DNA of 52,194 nt from an uncultured Candidatus Saccharibacteria bacterium (GCA_964443125.1 CAYUBL010000005.1:1-52194), one strand, 5' to 3'; shown: positions 17,935 through 26,840, counted from the stretch's first letter. The notes: generated by a model from the sequence alone, not told the origin. Translations and numbers: made by a program.

Positions 17935-18465
17935 TTACTTCTTATACACCGCAATCAACTGCCGAATAATCATATCATCCCACGAAATAATATGATCGCT
18001 CTTGAAATCAAACCAGACCCGTATAAAATCGTCACGATCCAGGGTACGCAATCCCCCGGTTTCAGGATCCTGCAGGTATATGTTTTGTGCGTCCAATCCC
18101 ACTACCACTGAATAGTGTCCGTCTGCCACTTCTGAATCGTCATAGTCAGACCTTCCCCGAGTAAACCAGTCAACGATTACGGGAACTTTTTTATCAAGCC
18201 AACGCTGAATATCATCAAAGGATGCCTCGTTTTGGATTTCTACATTAAACCCATACCCCTCAGCCGCTTTCTTAAGACACTTGTCATCCGTTCCAAGGTC
18301 CGGGTCGCGCCCACATTGTATGGCAATTTCTTCTTCATCTTTTTCAACGCCGTAGTAGGCCAGTACCATTTTAAGGCTAGCGGGACCGCAATAACCGCCA
18401 TGCAAGGTTTCTTGAAATGGTTTAACCGGTAATATTTCTGTTTTGTCGTTTTTTATAAGACTCAT
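17935..18465 (-). CDS. stand-alone papain-like cysteine peptidase (C39-like domain)
   Basis: LHGGYCGPASLKMVLAYYG (Cys) and ADGHYSVVVG (His). 176 aa, with no ABC or transporter domain. Confidence 0.65.
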   Translation of the reverse strand: MSLIKNDKTEILPVKPFQETLHGGYCGPASLKMVLAYYGVEKDEEEIAIQCGRDPDLGTDDKCLKKAAEGYGFNVEIQNEASFDDIQRWLDKKVPVIVDWFTRGRSDYDDSEVADGHYSVVVGLDAQNIYLQDPETGGLRTLDRDDFIRVWFDFKSDHIISWDDMIIRQLIAVYKK

Positions 18466-18477
18466 TCACCCTTCATC

Positions 18478-18987
18478 CTATCCTTGCCGAAGCTGCTCTA
18501 CAACCTCCGCCGCGAAACTTTGCAATTGTTCCGGTTGTAAGGAGTCAAGCTCCACCCACTCCGCCTTGTCCGTCTCATCTTTGGCATCCGGATTATTTCC
18601 GGCAGATATCTCTAACGTTTCCGGCGTACACAAGTAAAGGAATGAGAAGTTTTGACTGGCGATATCGAGCGGATCGTAATAAAAGAAATTTTCCTTTACG
18701 GAGAATAGCTCGCCTACAGACACTGCAATTCCCGTTTCCTCGAATACCTCACGAACTACACACTCTTTGGCCGTCTCCCCTTTTTCGATTGCGCCGCCGG
18801 GGAAAAACCACTTGCCCGTTCTTTTTGTATTCACGAGCAATATCTTTCCTTCATTCATAATTATGGCATACGCAGCGGGACGGAACACAAGCTTCTCTGC
18901 ATCGATAAGTTTCTTTTTTCCGTATAGGGTTGTGCACTCGACGGTTTTATTGAGTTTCGCTGATTTATACGAAGCAGTTAGCGACAT
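18478..18987 (-). CDS. NUDIX hydrolase
   Basis: Nudix box PGGAIEKGETAKECVVREVFEETGI. Confidence 0.8.
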   Translation of the reverse strand: MSLTASYKSAKLNKTVECTTLYGKKKLIDAEKLVFRPAAYAIIMNEGKILLVNTKRTGKWFFPGGAIEKGETAKECVVREVFEETGIAVSVGELFSVKENFFYYDPLDIASQNFSFLYLCTPETLEISAGNNPDAKDETDKAEWVELDSLQPEQLQSFAAEVVEQLRQG

Positions 18988-18991
18988 ACGA

Positions 18992-19837
18992 TTATTCCGC
19001 TATGACGGATTTTCCAGAATTAAGAAACACGACTGTATCTTTTTTTGCAAATAGAGGCTTCGTAAGATCAGTAAATACCACGGCAGCAGAAGGCTCGCAC
19101 GTAACAACATGCTGAAATTTATTGTATGTTTCCTTCACCTGCTGCTCGCTTAAACGATAAATTGAATGCCCCTGTTTTTCATAGTACTCCAATGCCTTTG
19201 CGTAAGGAGTCCATGGCGTGGAAAGCTTATCCGCATAACTATGATTGGTATTCTTCACTCCAATTCCAATAATCTTTGTTTTTTTCTTTTTGCGCTCCAT
19301 AGCTTGAATCAACCCAAGATAGATCCCTCCGCTTCCAATCGGCACTACGACATAGTCAGGAGTTACCTCTTTCAAAATTTCATCAATGATTCCGGAATAG
19401 TTTTCTTCATACCCATTTGTAACTTCCCAAATTACTTCATCTTCCTTTTCACGAGCAAACGCAATAAGCTCTTCAGGCCTCATGATTTTATGGTTCAAAT
19501 TAAGCTCTATTACTTGATATGCAACTTGTCTCAATTCTTTTTTCACAGAGCTCGCCAGATCGCGACCAACGATACATACAACTTTAATCGGAGTTGATTT
19601 TACTAGTCGAGCAAGGCTGTACCCATTATTCCCTGATGTAATAAGCACAAGCTTATCGAGCTTTAGCCTGCTTGCCTCTTGAAAAATATGGAGATTTCTT
19701 CGATCCTTTATCGTACCTGATGGATTTTTGCTTTCATCTTTGATAAAAGCAGCCTTAATGCCAAACTGCTCCTGCAGTTCTTGGGATTTTACAAGCGGAG
19801 TATTGCCGATAGCTGGAATACTACTCATTGTTCGCAC
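18992..19837 (-). CDS. fold-type II PLP-dependent enzyme (Thr synthase / Cys synthase / dehydratase superfamily), short form
   Basis: IGNTPLV, KDESKNPSGTIKDRR (PLP Lys), TSGNNGYSLA, VPIGSGG. 281 aa. Confidence 0.7.
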   Translation of the reverse strand: MRTMSSIPAIGNTPLVKSQELQEQFGIKAAFIKDESKNPSGTIKDRRNLHIFQEASRLKLDKLVLITSGNNGYSLARLVKSTPIKVVCIVGRDLASSVKKELRQVAYQVIELNLNHKIMRPEELIAFAREKEDEVIWEVTNGYEENYSGIIDEILKEVTPDYVVVPIGSGGIYLGLIQAMERKKKKTKIIGIGVKNTNHSYADKLSTPWTPYAKALEYYEKQGHSIYRLSEQQVKETYNKFQHVVTCEPSAAVVFTDLTKPLFAKKDTVVFLNSGKSVIAE

Positions 19838-20597
19838 CGTTATCGTCTAGTTGCTTTGCATACTCCCAAGAGAGTTCGAAAGCTTTCTTTAAGGCATCAG
19901 CAAGCTCCCTACTTTCGATAATAAGAGAAAATTTTTCAACAAGCGACATTAGCACCACCTTATTGTCGTACAAGTTAATTTCCGGAGAAAATGCATACCG
20001 ATCGCTTGGAACCAGCAATGCTTCTCGATCCTCATCCTTATTGTGCGTAATACGCTCTCGAGCTTCAGGGGTGTCCGGAAAAATTGCGCGAATTTTAATC
20101 TTTTTCTTTGATCGACGCTTATAGTATTCGGGGAAATATCCCGGCAAAGCCTTATGCATATTCTCAATAGACGCATATGCTCGAATTGTCTCTTGAGCTG
20201 TTAGGGTATCTTCATATGCCGTCTTTATTCCCTCCAGTCCTTCAAAGTATTGCACCTTTGGTTTCGGACCAACTCCGACGTACATAGCCTTGAGTTCCGG
20301 CAATAGTCCGTGAGCGACCCCAACAAGCTCGGTATATTTTTTTACTGATTCCTCTAAAAATTGGACAAGGCGCTCCGGGGGCGCAGGACTATATACTTTA
20401 ATCCCATCCTTTTCAGATATGCTCACCAATCCATAATTTACAAGAGAATCCAATAGCACATATGTAGTGCTCCTATTGATTTCGGATTTCTTTGCAATCT
20501 CCTGCACCGGAGAAGGGCCCAACTCGAGTAAAACAATATAGATTTTCGCCTCCTTGCGAGACAAGCCGAACTTCTCCAATTTTTCAATAAGCTGCAT
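19821..20597 (-). CDS. TrmB family transcriptional regulator
   Basis: N-terminal winged helix LEKFGLSRKEAKIYIVLLELGPSPVQEIAKKSEINRSTTYVLLDSLVNYGLV. It overlaps the downstream PLP-enzyme gene by 17 nt. Confidence 0.8.
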   Translation of the reverse strand: MQLIEKLEKFGLSRKEAKIYIVLLELGPSPVQEIAKKSEINRSTTYVLLDSLVNYGLVSISEKDGIKVYSPAPPERLVQFLEESVKKYTELVGVAHGLLPELKAMYVGVGPKPKVQYFEGLEGIKTAYEDTLTAQETIRAYASIENMHKALPGYFPEYYKRRSKKKIKIRAIFPDTPEARERITHNKDEDREALLVPSDRYAFSPEINLYDNKVVLMSLVEKFSLIIESRELADALKKAFELSWEYAKQLDDNGANNE

Positions 20598-20690
20598 ATG
20601 TCATGTGTTTATAGAATATATCTCTTTCCCCGCCTTTCTAACCGATATAGGTTCTGTGTATATAGAATGAGCTCACGCGCTTTATACTAC

Positions 20691-20712
20691 GTTGTTAATA
20701 ATAATTAACAAC
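20691..20712. promoter_or_regulatory. perfect 9-bp inverted repeat (candidate operator) in the trmB-like / grpB-like divergent region
   Basis: GTTGTTAAT-aata-ATTAACAAC, read directly. Confidence 0.4.
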
Positions 20713-20743
20713 AAGCATTCTGTCAAAATACGTCTACAAAAAA

Positions 20744-20763
20744 TTGTCATTAATCTTTGACAA
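20744..20763. promoter_or_regulatory. second inverted repeat TTGTCA-N8-TGACAA overlapping a TTGACA -35-like hexamer
   Basis: TTGTCAttaatcttTGACAA. TTGACA at 20757-20762 lies about 38 nt upstream of the 20800 start. Confidence 0.3.
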
Positions 20764-20799
20764 CAATTAATTCGCATACTTACAGTTACCAATATATTT

Positions 20800-21312
20800 A
20801 TGAGCACTCTCACCCCCTTGACACTACTGCCCTATGAGCCAATGTGGATTCCGTTGTTCCATAAGGCAAAAAATAGTCTACTGCATGAGTTTGGCAAAAC
20901 AAATATATACATTGAACATATTGGCGGCACTGCGATTCCGGGAAGCATTTCCAAACCGGAAATCGATATTCTAGTTGGCGTAAACAAACTGCCTTATATG
21001 CCCTTACATATAGACTCGCTTGAGAAAATCGAGTACATGTATTTTCCGAAAATCGAAAAATTTGACCCCATACGTGATTATCCGTTATTTCATATTCACA
21101 TGGTCGAGCAAAAAAGCCAATTTTGGTATGCCCATATTGCCTTTAGAGAATATCTTAAAAATCATCCAGAATACATTACGAAGTATAACAATTTAAAAAA
21201 AGATTTGATCGTAAAATTTAATCACAATAGAGAAAAGTACAACAAAGGAAAAGATGCCTTTATTTGTGGGGTTATTAAAAAGTTGAGCGTGGAAGGCAAC
21301 AATCGCATATAA
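20800..21312 (+). CDS. GrpB family protein
   Basis: IEHIGGTAIPGSISKPEIDILVGV and HIHMVE...W..HIAFREYLKNHPE are typical of GrpB/UPF0157. Confidence 0.8.
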   Translation: MSTLTPLTLLPYEPMWIPLFHKAKNSLLHEFGKTNIYIEHIGGTAIPGSISKPEIDILVGVNKLPYMPLHIDSLEKIEYMYFPKIEKFDPIRDYPLFHIHMVEQKSQFWYAHIAFREYLKNHPEYITKYNNLKKDLIVKFNHNREKYNKGKDAFICGVIKKLSVEGNNRI

Positions 21313-21319
21313 TACAAAA

Positions 21320-22129
21320 ATGACATCTGAGATACTCGCGCTTGGAACAGGAGCTGCAGACTCCACGAAATACTATCAAACGGCGTTTTTGATTCAAGAT
21401 GAAACGACGAACCTTTTGATTGATACCGGCGGCGGAAGCGGTATTCTTGCGCAATTTGACCGATTCGGCGTTGCGCTAAATGACATCCAGAATATTTTTA
21501 TAACCCACAAGCATATCGACCATATATTCGGCTTATTCTGGATTCTTCGTTTTCGAGGAGCTGCGATAGCTGCCGAGAGAGCGCCTAACCTGACAATTTA
21601 TGCATCTCAAGAAAATATCGCTCTCATACGGCAGATATCTGCAATGTTCCTGAAAGAAAAAGTGCTTGCATTGTTTGACGCAAAGATACTTTTTATTGCG
21701 ACAGACGATCATTCCGAAATTACAGTGAATAATTGGAACATCCAGTTTTTCGATATTCAGAGCACAAAAGAAACTCAATGGGGATGCACAATCACGCTTC
21801 CCAATGCTAAAAAGATCGTTTTTATAGGAGATGAGCCGTACACGGACAACCTGCTTCCCTACTGCAAAGAAGCTGATTACCTTTTTCATGATGCATACTG
21901 CCTCGAACAAGACCGCGAATTATTTCATCCGGAAGAAATATCACACTCCACCACACAAGAAGCTGCAAAGAATGCACAGAATATAGGCGCGAAAAATCTT
22001 ATACTTTTTCACACGGAAGATACAGCGACATTCGGAAAACGCAAAGAATCGTATACTGAAGAAGCCCAGAAAGAATACCAAGGTAATATTTTCGTCCCGG
22101 ATGACGGAGATGTAATTGAAATAACGTAA
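21320..22129 (+). CDS. MBL-fold metallo-hydrolase
   Basis: ITHKHIDHIFG (HxHxDH) and downstream FHDAY / LFHTE metal-ligand positions. Confidence 0.8.
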   Translation: MTSEILALGTGAADSTKYYQTAFLIQDETTNLLIDTGGGSGILAQFDRFGVALNDIQNIFITHKHIDHIFGLFWILRFRGAAIAAERAPNLTIYASQENIALIRQISAMFLKEKVLALFDAKILFIATDDHSEITVNNWNIQFFDIQSTKETQWGCTITLPNAKKIVFIGDEPYTDNLLPYCKEADYLFHDAYCLEQDRELFHPEEISHSTTQEAAKNAQNIGAKNLILFHTEDTATFGKRKESYTEEAQKEYQGNIFVPDDGDVIEIT

Positions 22130-22134
22130 AAACC

Positions 22135-22947
22135 ATGAAAAATATTACTACCATCCATGGGTCAAAGCCCGGTAAGACGATTGCCATTCTTGCCGGCGTT
22201 CACGGGAATGAGCAGGGCGGAATTCGGGCTATTCAAGAGGCCATTTCTCTTCCTATCAAATCTGGGACTGTACATTATATTATCGGAAACCCAAGGGCAT
22301 TGGAGCAAAATGTGCGCTTTACGGAAATGAACCTCAATAGAGCATTTATTCGAGGACCATTGAAAAATCCCTCACTCGAGGACACGTATGAGCGAATACG
22401 GGCCATGGAGCTCATGCCACTATTAGATACTTGCGACGCCCTTCTCGACATTCACTCTGTTAACAATAAACAAGCAACTCCATTTGTTATTTGCGAACCT
22501 GATTACTTTGATATCGCAAAGAAGCTCCCTTTTTCGATTATATCCAACGGATGGAATGACATCGAACCAGGAGGGACAGATTATTACATGAGCACTGCCG
22601 GCAAACCTGGCATTTGTATAGAATGCGGATATCATAATGATCCGAATGTAACTACATTAGCATTGGGTTCTGTGAGAATTTTTCTTCAAATAATGGGAAG
22701 TATCTCTGGGCCCATTTTGCAAGAAAATAACAATCAAAGAATTGTATCAGTAACCGACGCGTATATAACAAAAACAAAATTCCAGCTTGCAAGGCCATTT
22801 TCTGACTTTGAGCCTATTACCAAGGACGAACTACTTGGACATGATGGAGACAAAGAATACAGAGCTCCTCGTAACGGCATAGTTGTATTTGCCAGAAATA
22901 CCAGCCGTGCGGGAGAAGAAGCTATTGTATTCGGAATAGTAGCATGA
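22135..22947 (+). CDS. succinylglutamate desuccinylase / aspartoacylase (AstE/AspA) family deacylase
   Basis: ILAGVHGNEQGG, RFTEMNLNRAF, LLDIHS, ECGYH. Confidence 0.75.
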   Translation: MKNITTIHGSKPGKTIAILAGVHGNEQGGIRAIQEAISLPIKSGTVHYIIGNPRALEQNVRFTEMNLNRAFIRGPLKNPSLEDTYERIRAMELMPLLDTCDALLDIHSVNNKQATPFVICEPDYFDIAKKLPFSIISNGWNDIEPGGTDYYMSTAGKPGICIECGYHNDPNVTTLALGSVRIFLQIMGSISGPILQENNNQRIVSVTDAYITKTKFQLARPFSDFEPITKDELLGHDGDKEYRAPRNGIVVFARNTSRAGEEAIVFGIVA

Positions 22948-23552
22948 ACTCAATCAAAAATATCATTTTCGACGTAAGCGAAGTGCTCACCATGCGTAAG
23001 CATGACATGCTGTGGTCGAATCGGATTTTAGCAGAAGAATATGGTATTCCGCTTGAAACTGTTCAGGCATTTTTCAAAGAATATATCCGAACAGGAGCAA
23101 AGGTGCAGGGAATGAGCATTGAAGAATTTTGGAAGAAAAAGACCATAGACATGGGGCCTATCCCCCTCTTCGCAGTCGCAGCTTCAGGACAGCGGCACGC
23201 GGATGATGTTATGTTGAACCAAGAAATGATTGCTATGCTGACAAAGCTGCAACCGCACTACCGCCTATTCGCACTCACAAATACATGGAAACCGGGGCAT
23301 CCGTTCAAAGAAGATTTAGAACAGTTTTTTGAGGCATTTGTGCAGTCGTGCGATATACGCTTGAGCAAACCGGATCCCGCAGTATTTCAATACATGATTG
23401 ATACGTATCATCTTAATCCCGAAGAAACGCTCTTCATTGATAATAGTGTTGAAAACACTCTGGCGGCGGAGCAACTTGGCATGAAAGCGATCCATTTTCG
23501 AAGCACGGAGCAGTGCATTAAAGAGTTGCGCGAATTGGAAGTTCTTGAGTAA
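22944..23552 (+). CDS. HAD-superfamily hydrolase
   Basis: Motif I IIFDVSEVL, motif II ALTNT, motif III/IV SKPDPAVF ... FIDNSVENTLAAEQLGMKAIHF. It overlaps the upstream gene by 4 nt. Confidence 0.8.
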   Translation: MNSIKNIIFDVSEVLTMRKHDMLWSNRILAEEYGIPLETVQAFFKEYIRTGAKVQGMSIEEFWKKKTIDMGPIPLFAVAASGQRHADDVMLNQEMIAMLTKLQPHYRLFALTNTWKPGHPFKEDLEQFFEAFVQSCDIRLSKPDPAVFQYMIDTYHLNPEETLFIDNSVENTLAAEQLGMKAIHFRSTEQCIKELRELEVLE

Positions 23553-23588
23553 AAAAAGCGGCATCTTGCGATACCGCTCTCGAGCTAG

Positions 23589-24161
23589 CTATCTTGGCAT
23601 AGCAAGCCATTCTTTTTTGGAAATGTAATACGTTAGCAGATCCTGTGGCTCGCCTTCTCGAAATTGCCAATCAGGAACACAGCCAACTTGTCGAAAGCCG
23701 GAATGCTCATGAAGCTTCTTACTAGACTCGTTGTGGCCATATACATCGGCGGACACGCATCGCAAATCGAGTTCTCGAAATGCGTATTTAAGCAATAAGC
23801 TGTAAACCACTTTTCCGATCTTCTTACCGCGCAGGCACGGCTCCCCAATGTACAACCCTAAGGTTCCGTGGCGGTGGCGCAGGGATATATTATGAATTCC
23901 CGCAGTGCCGATCAGCTTTCCGTCTACGCAAATTCCCAATGGAATATGCATCGGATTGCCCCGTTGCGAGAGCGAGCTCCGGAGCCACTCCTGCACTGCT
24001 TCCAGCGTTACCGGATAATCAACATTTAACAGTTGGCGTAACTCCTCTGCGTTCCTCCATCTTCCGATGCAATCCGCATCGTCCATGTGGAGAGGGCGCA
24101 AAACAACCACAAGGCCTTCCGGCGTTTTGCCTTCTAGAAATTTCCAACTTTCATGTGACAT
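23589..24161 (-). CDS. GNAT family N-acetyltransferase (RimJ/RimL-like)
   Basis: LRPLHMDDA...WRN and the acetyl-CoA motif RGKKIGKVVYSLLLKYAF. ATG 24161 (MSHESWKF) has an AAGGAAAAG RBS. The ORF-track TTG start at 24209 was rejected. Confidence 0.8.
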   Translation of the reverse strand: MSHESWKFLEGKTPEGLVVVLRPLHMDDADCIGRWRNAEELRQLLNVDYPVTLEAVQEWLRSSLSQRGNPMHIPLGICVDGKLIGTAGIHNISLRHRHGTLGLYIGEPCLRGKKIGKVVYSLLLKYAFRELDLRCVSADVYGHNESSKKLHEHSGFRQVGCVPDWQFREGEPQDLLTYYISKKEWLAMPR

Positions 24162-24220
24162 TTTCTTTTCCTTTAGCAAAAGAACAACGAGTATCTTGGC
24201 GCAATTCAAGCATTTGAATT

Positions 24221-24253
24221 AAAAACACCTCGCGTACTCGGCGAGGTGTTTTT
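24221..24253. terminator. bidirectional intrinsic terminator
   Basis: AAAAA-CACCTCGC-gtactcg-GCGAGGTG-TTTTT. Confidence 0.7.
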
Positions 24254-24375
24254 ATGGAAAATAGTGATTATCCTACAAGCAACATCTGGCCAAATACATA
24301 AAGCAATGCGTCATGCCGTGAACGCGTGTTCGTCCTGATATTCGCAATGGATTCATGTTGCTTAGTCATAAAAAT

Positions 24376-24404
24376 ACGATACATCACCATGATTTAACTG
24401 TCAA
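24376..24404 (-). promoter_or_regulatory. promoter-like TTGACA-17 nt-TATCGT overlapping the stop of the NUDIX gene
   Basis: Minus-strand TTGACA at 24404-24399 and TATCGT at 24381-24376. About 120 nt further on lies the 24253-24221 terminator. Confidence 0.3.
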
Positions 24405-24958
24405 CTTTTTGCTGCATCTATTTTCTCCACGACCAGCATCAACGCCAAAACAGTATCTATTCCCTTTAACTCCCCGCTCTTGGCCATTTGGAGCGCTTCG
24501 GAGAAGGGCTTCAAAATTACTTCGATATCTTCGTTTTCATCGAGGTTTTGCTCTGCGGTTTTTTGGGCGTCATTTGCAAGGTATATGTGGACATTATTCC
24601 CCTCCGCCTTTGTTGAATTCTTATAAAAATATCCGAGGTGCTCCCAATCATCAGATGTAAATCCTGTCTCCTCCTGCAATTCCCGCTTTGCCGCTACGAG
24701 CGGGTCCGTTTCGCCTTTGTCTATATATCCGGCCGGCAGCTCCGCGATAATTTCCCCCGCCCCATGCTTATACTGCCGGACGAGCGGCACTTGGCCATCC
24801 GGAGTTATGGCCAAAATAATGACGATATCCTCAAAAACAGCAAGAAAATAATCGTCGATGATTTTCCCCGGCTTTATCTCCACGGTATCTCTGCGGACTT
24901 TATACCACTTTTCATTAAGCGCCCATTCGGATTTCAGTAATTTCCAAGGTTTTATCAT
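24401..24958 (-). CDS. NUDIX hydrolase (ADP-ribose pyrophosphatase-like)
   Basis: AELPAGYIDKGETDPLVAAKRELQEETGF. ORF track 24401..24985; the Met at 24958 avoids overlapping murI. Confidence 0.8.
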   Translation of the reverse strand: MIKPWKLLKSEWALNEKWYKVRRDTVEIKPGKIIDDYFLAVFEDIVIILAITPDGQVPLVRQYKHGAGEIIAELPAGYIDKGETDPLVAAKRELQEETGFTSDDWEHLGYFYKNSTKAEGNNVHIYLANDAQKTAEQNLDENEDIEVILKPFSEALQMAKSGELKGIDTVLALMLVVEKIDAAKS

Positions 24959-24965
24959 ACCGGCA

Positions 24966-25793
24966 TTATACCCCAGTAAACGCAACTGCTCTCCCGAAAA
25001 AGAGTGTGGCGTGCCGGGATGCTTTTTCCGGATTTCCGGTGGTTAGGTAGATATGCTCCCCTGTTTTTTTCAGCTGCGAATCGATTTCTGCATGGCGCAC
25101 AAGATAGTCTTTCAAGCTTTTCGCGACGATGCTTGGCTGATGGAACAGCTTTGTTTCCCTTGGAAGCGCTTTCTTGATGGTGTCGGCGATGAGTTCGTAA
25201 TGAGTACACCCCAACAACACCCCACTTCGCCCCAGGGCTTCACGGGACAAGCCCGCAAATGCATCCAAGAGTCCAGAAACGCACGCGATCGCCTCTTCTT
25301 GCACGCGCGGGTCTGATGGTCCGTACTCCTCTATCGCCCCGGCGAGATTATTGCACGCTCGTTGCACCATGCGGATGTTCGGGCGTCGCTTATGGATTTC
25401 CTGTTCGTACGACCCGGATTCTACCGTGCGCCGGGTTGCGAGCACGCCGATGGTGCCTGAAATTTCTGCATTGTCGGTAATCTGTTCAATAGTCGGAACG
25501 ACGATGCCCAGCAGTTTTCTCTGCGGCCAGGCGTCCTGCATCCACGTTTGCTGCAAATGCCGAAGCGCAACTGCAGATGCCGTATTGCAGCCGAGAATGA
25601 CAAGTGCGCAGCCGCGATTGAAAAGTTCGTTCGCGCCTTGCTTGGTATATTCGATGATTTCTTCCGCGCTTTTCTCTCCATACGGCGCGCGTGCATTATC
25701 GCCCAGGTACATGGTCGCATACGCCGGGAGTTCGCGCTGTATTTCCCGCAATATCGTAAGCCCGCCGTATCCGGAATCGAACACGCCGATCAT
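24966..25793 (-). CDS. murI: glutamate racemase
   Basis: IGVFDSGYGGLTILREI, ILGCNTASA, LLGCTHYE. Confidence 0.9.
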   Translation of the reverse strand: MIGVFDSGYGGLTILREIQRELPAYATMYLGDNARAPYGEKSAEEIIEYTKQGANELFNRGCALVILGCNTASAVALRHLQQTWMQDAWPQRKLLGIVVPTIEQITDNAEISGTIGVLATRRTVESGSYEQEIHKRRPNIRMVQRACNNLAGAIEEYGPSDPRVQEEAIACVSGLLDAFAGLSREALGRSGVLLGCTHYELIADTIKKALPRETKLFHQPSIVAKSLKDYLVRHAEIDSQLKKTGEHIYLTTGNPEKASRHATLFFGRAVAFTGV

Positions 25794-25797
25794 ATGA

Positions 25798-26799
25798 TTA
25801 TTTGCTGTATAGCTTCTCTGCAGCCTCTTTGCGCGGACGCCACCACGCTTCGTTTTGCTTGTACCAATTCACGGTTTCCACCAGCCATTCTTCGAAGCTG
25901 TGCTCCGGCTGCCAAGAGAGCTCTTGGTGTATTTTCGTCCAATCCACCGCATACCGCCTGTCATGCCCTTTGCGATCCTCAACATGCTCTATTCTCTCTT
26001 CCGACATTCCCATGATTTCCAATACTTTTTTTGCAATATCTTTGTTCGATACATCTTTCTGCATGCCGCCTACAAGATATGTTTCTCCGTTTTTTCCATT
26101 TGCAAGCACCATGTCGATAGCCCGGCAGTGATCTTCCACATAGAGCCAATCACGGACATACAATCCGTCGCCGTATATTTTTACGCTGCCATCATCTAAT
26201 AGGTCAGTAATCATGCGTGGAATGAACTTTTCCGGATGCTGGTAGGGACCGAAGTTATTGGAACAATTGGTAATCGTTACAGGCAAACCGTACGTTTCGT
26301 GGTATGCGCGCACCAGGTGATCTGATCCGGCTTTTGAAGCAGAGTACGGACTATTGGGTTTGTATGGCGTTTCCTCCGTAAACTTTTCTGCGCTGCCAAG
26401 CTCGAGGGATCCGAAAACCTCATCGGTTGAAATGTGATGGAACGGAATTTGCTTCTTGCGCGCTACTTCAAGCAAAACAAATGTGCCTTTTACGTTCGTT
26501 TCCACGAATGCGCCAGGTCCGATAATTGAACGGTCCACATGGGATTCCGCAGCGAAATGCACGATGCGATCTGATTGTTCGACCAAGCTTGCAACCAGCG
26601 TTTCATCCAAAATATTCCCATGCACAAACTCGTAGTTCGGATTCCCTGCGATATCCTGCAGATTCTCCTCGCTCCCCGCATACGTAAGCGCATCCAGATT
26701 AATAACAAAATCTTCGGGATGGTTCTTGAGATAATAGCGGATAAAGTTTGATCCGATAAATCCTGCGCCGCCTGTAACTAACATCTTCATGGTATGAGT
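25798..26799 (-). CDS. rfbB: dTDP-glucose 4,6-dehydratase
   Basis: MKMLVTGGAGFIGSNF, HFAAESHVDRS, YSASKAGSDHLVRAY, NCSNNFGPYQHPEKFIP. The 410-aa ORF-track extension overlaps metG and was rejected. Confidence 0.9.
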   Translation of the reverse strand, partial: THTMKMLVTGGAGFIGSNFIRYYLKNHPEDFVINLDALTYAGSEENLQDIAGNPNYEFVHGNILDETLVASLVEQSDRIVHFAAESHVDRSIIGPGAFVETNVKGTFVLLEVARKKQIPFHHISTDEVFGSLELGSAEKFTEETPYKPNSPYSASKAGSDHLVRAYHETYGLPVTITNCSNNFGPYQHPEKFIPRMITDLLDDGSVKIYGDGLYVRDWLYVEDHCRAIDMVLANGKNGETYLVGGMQKDVSNKDIAKKVLEIMGMSEERIEHVEDRKGHDRRYAVDWTKIHQELSWQPEHSFEEWLVETVNWYKQNEAWWRPRKEAAEKLYSK

Positions 26800-26840
26800 A
26801 TATAGGTTATAACGTCGACATAAAACTCCGGCAACGACTG

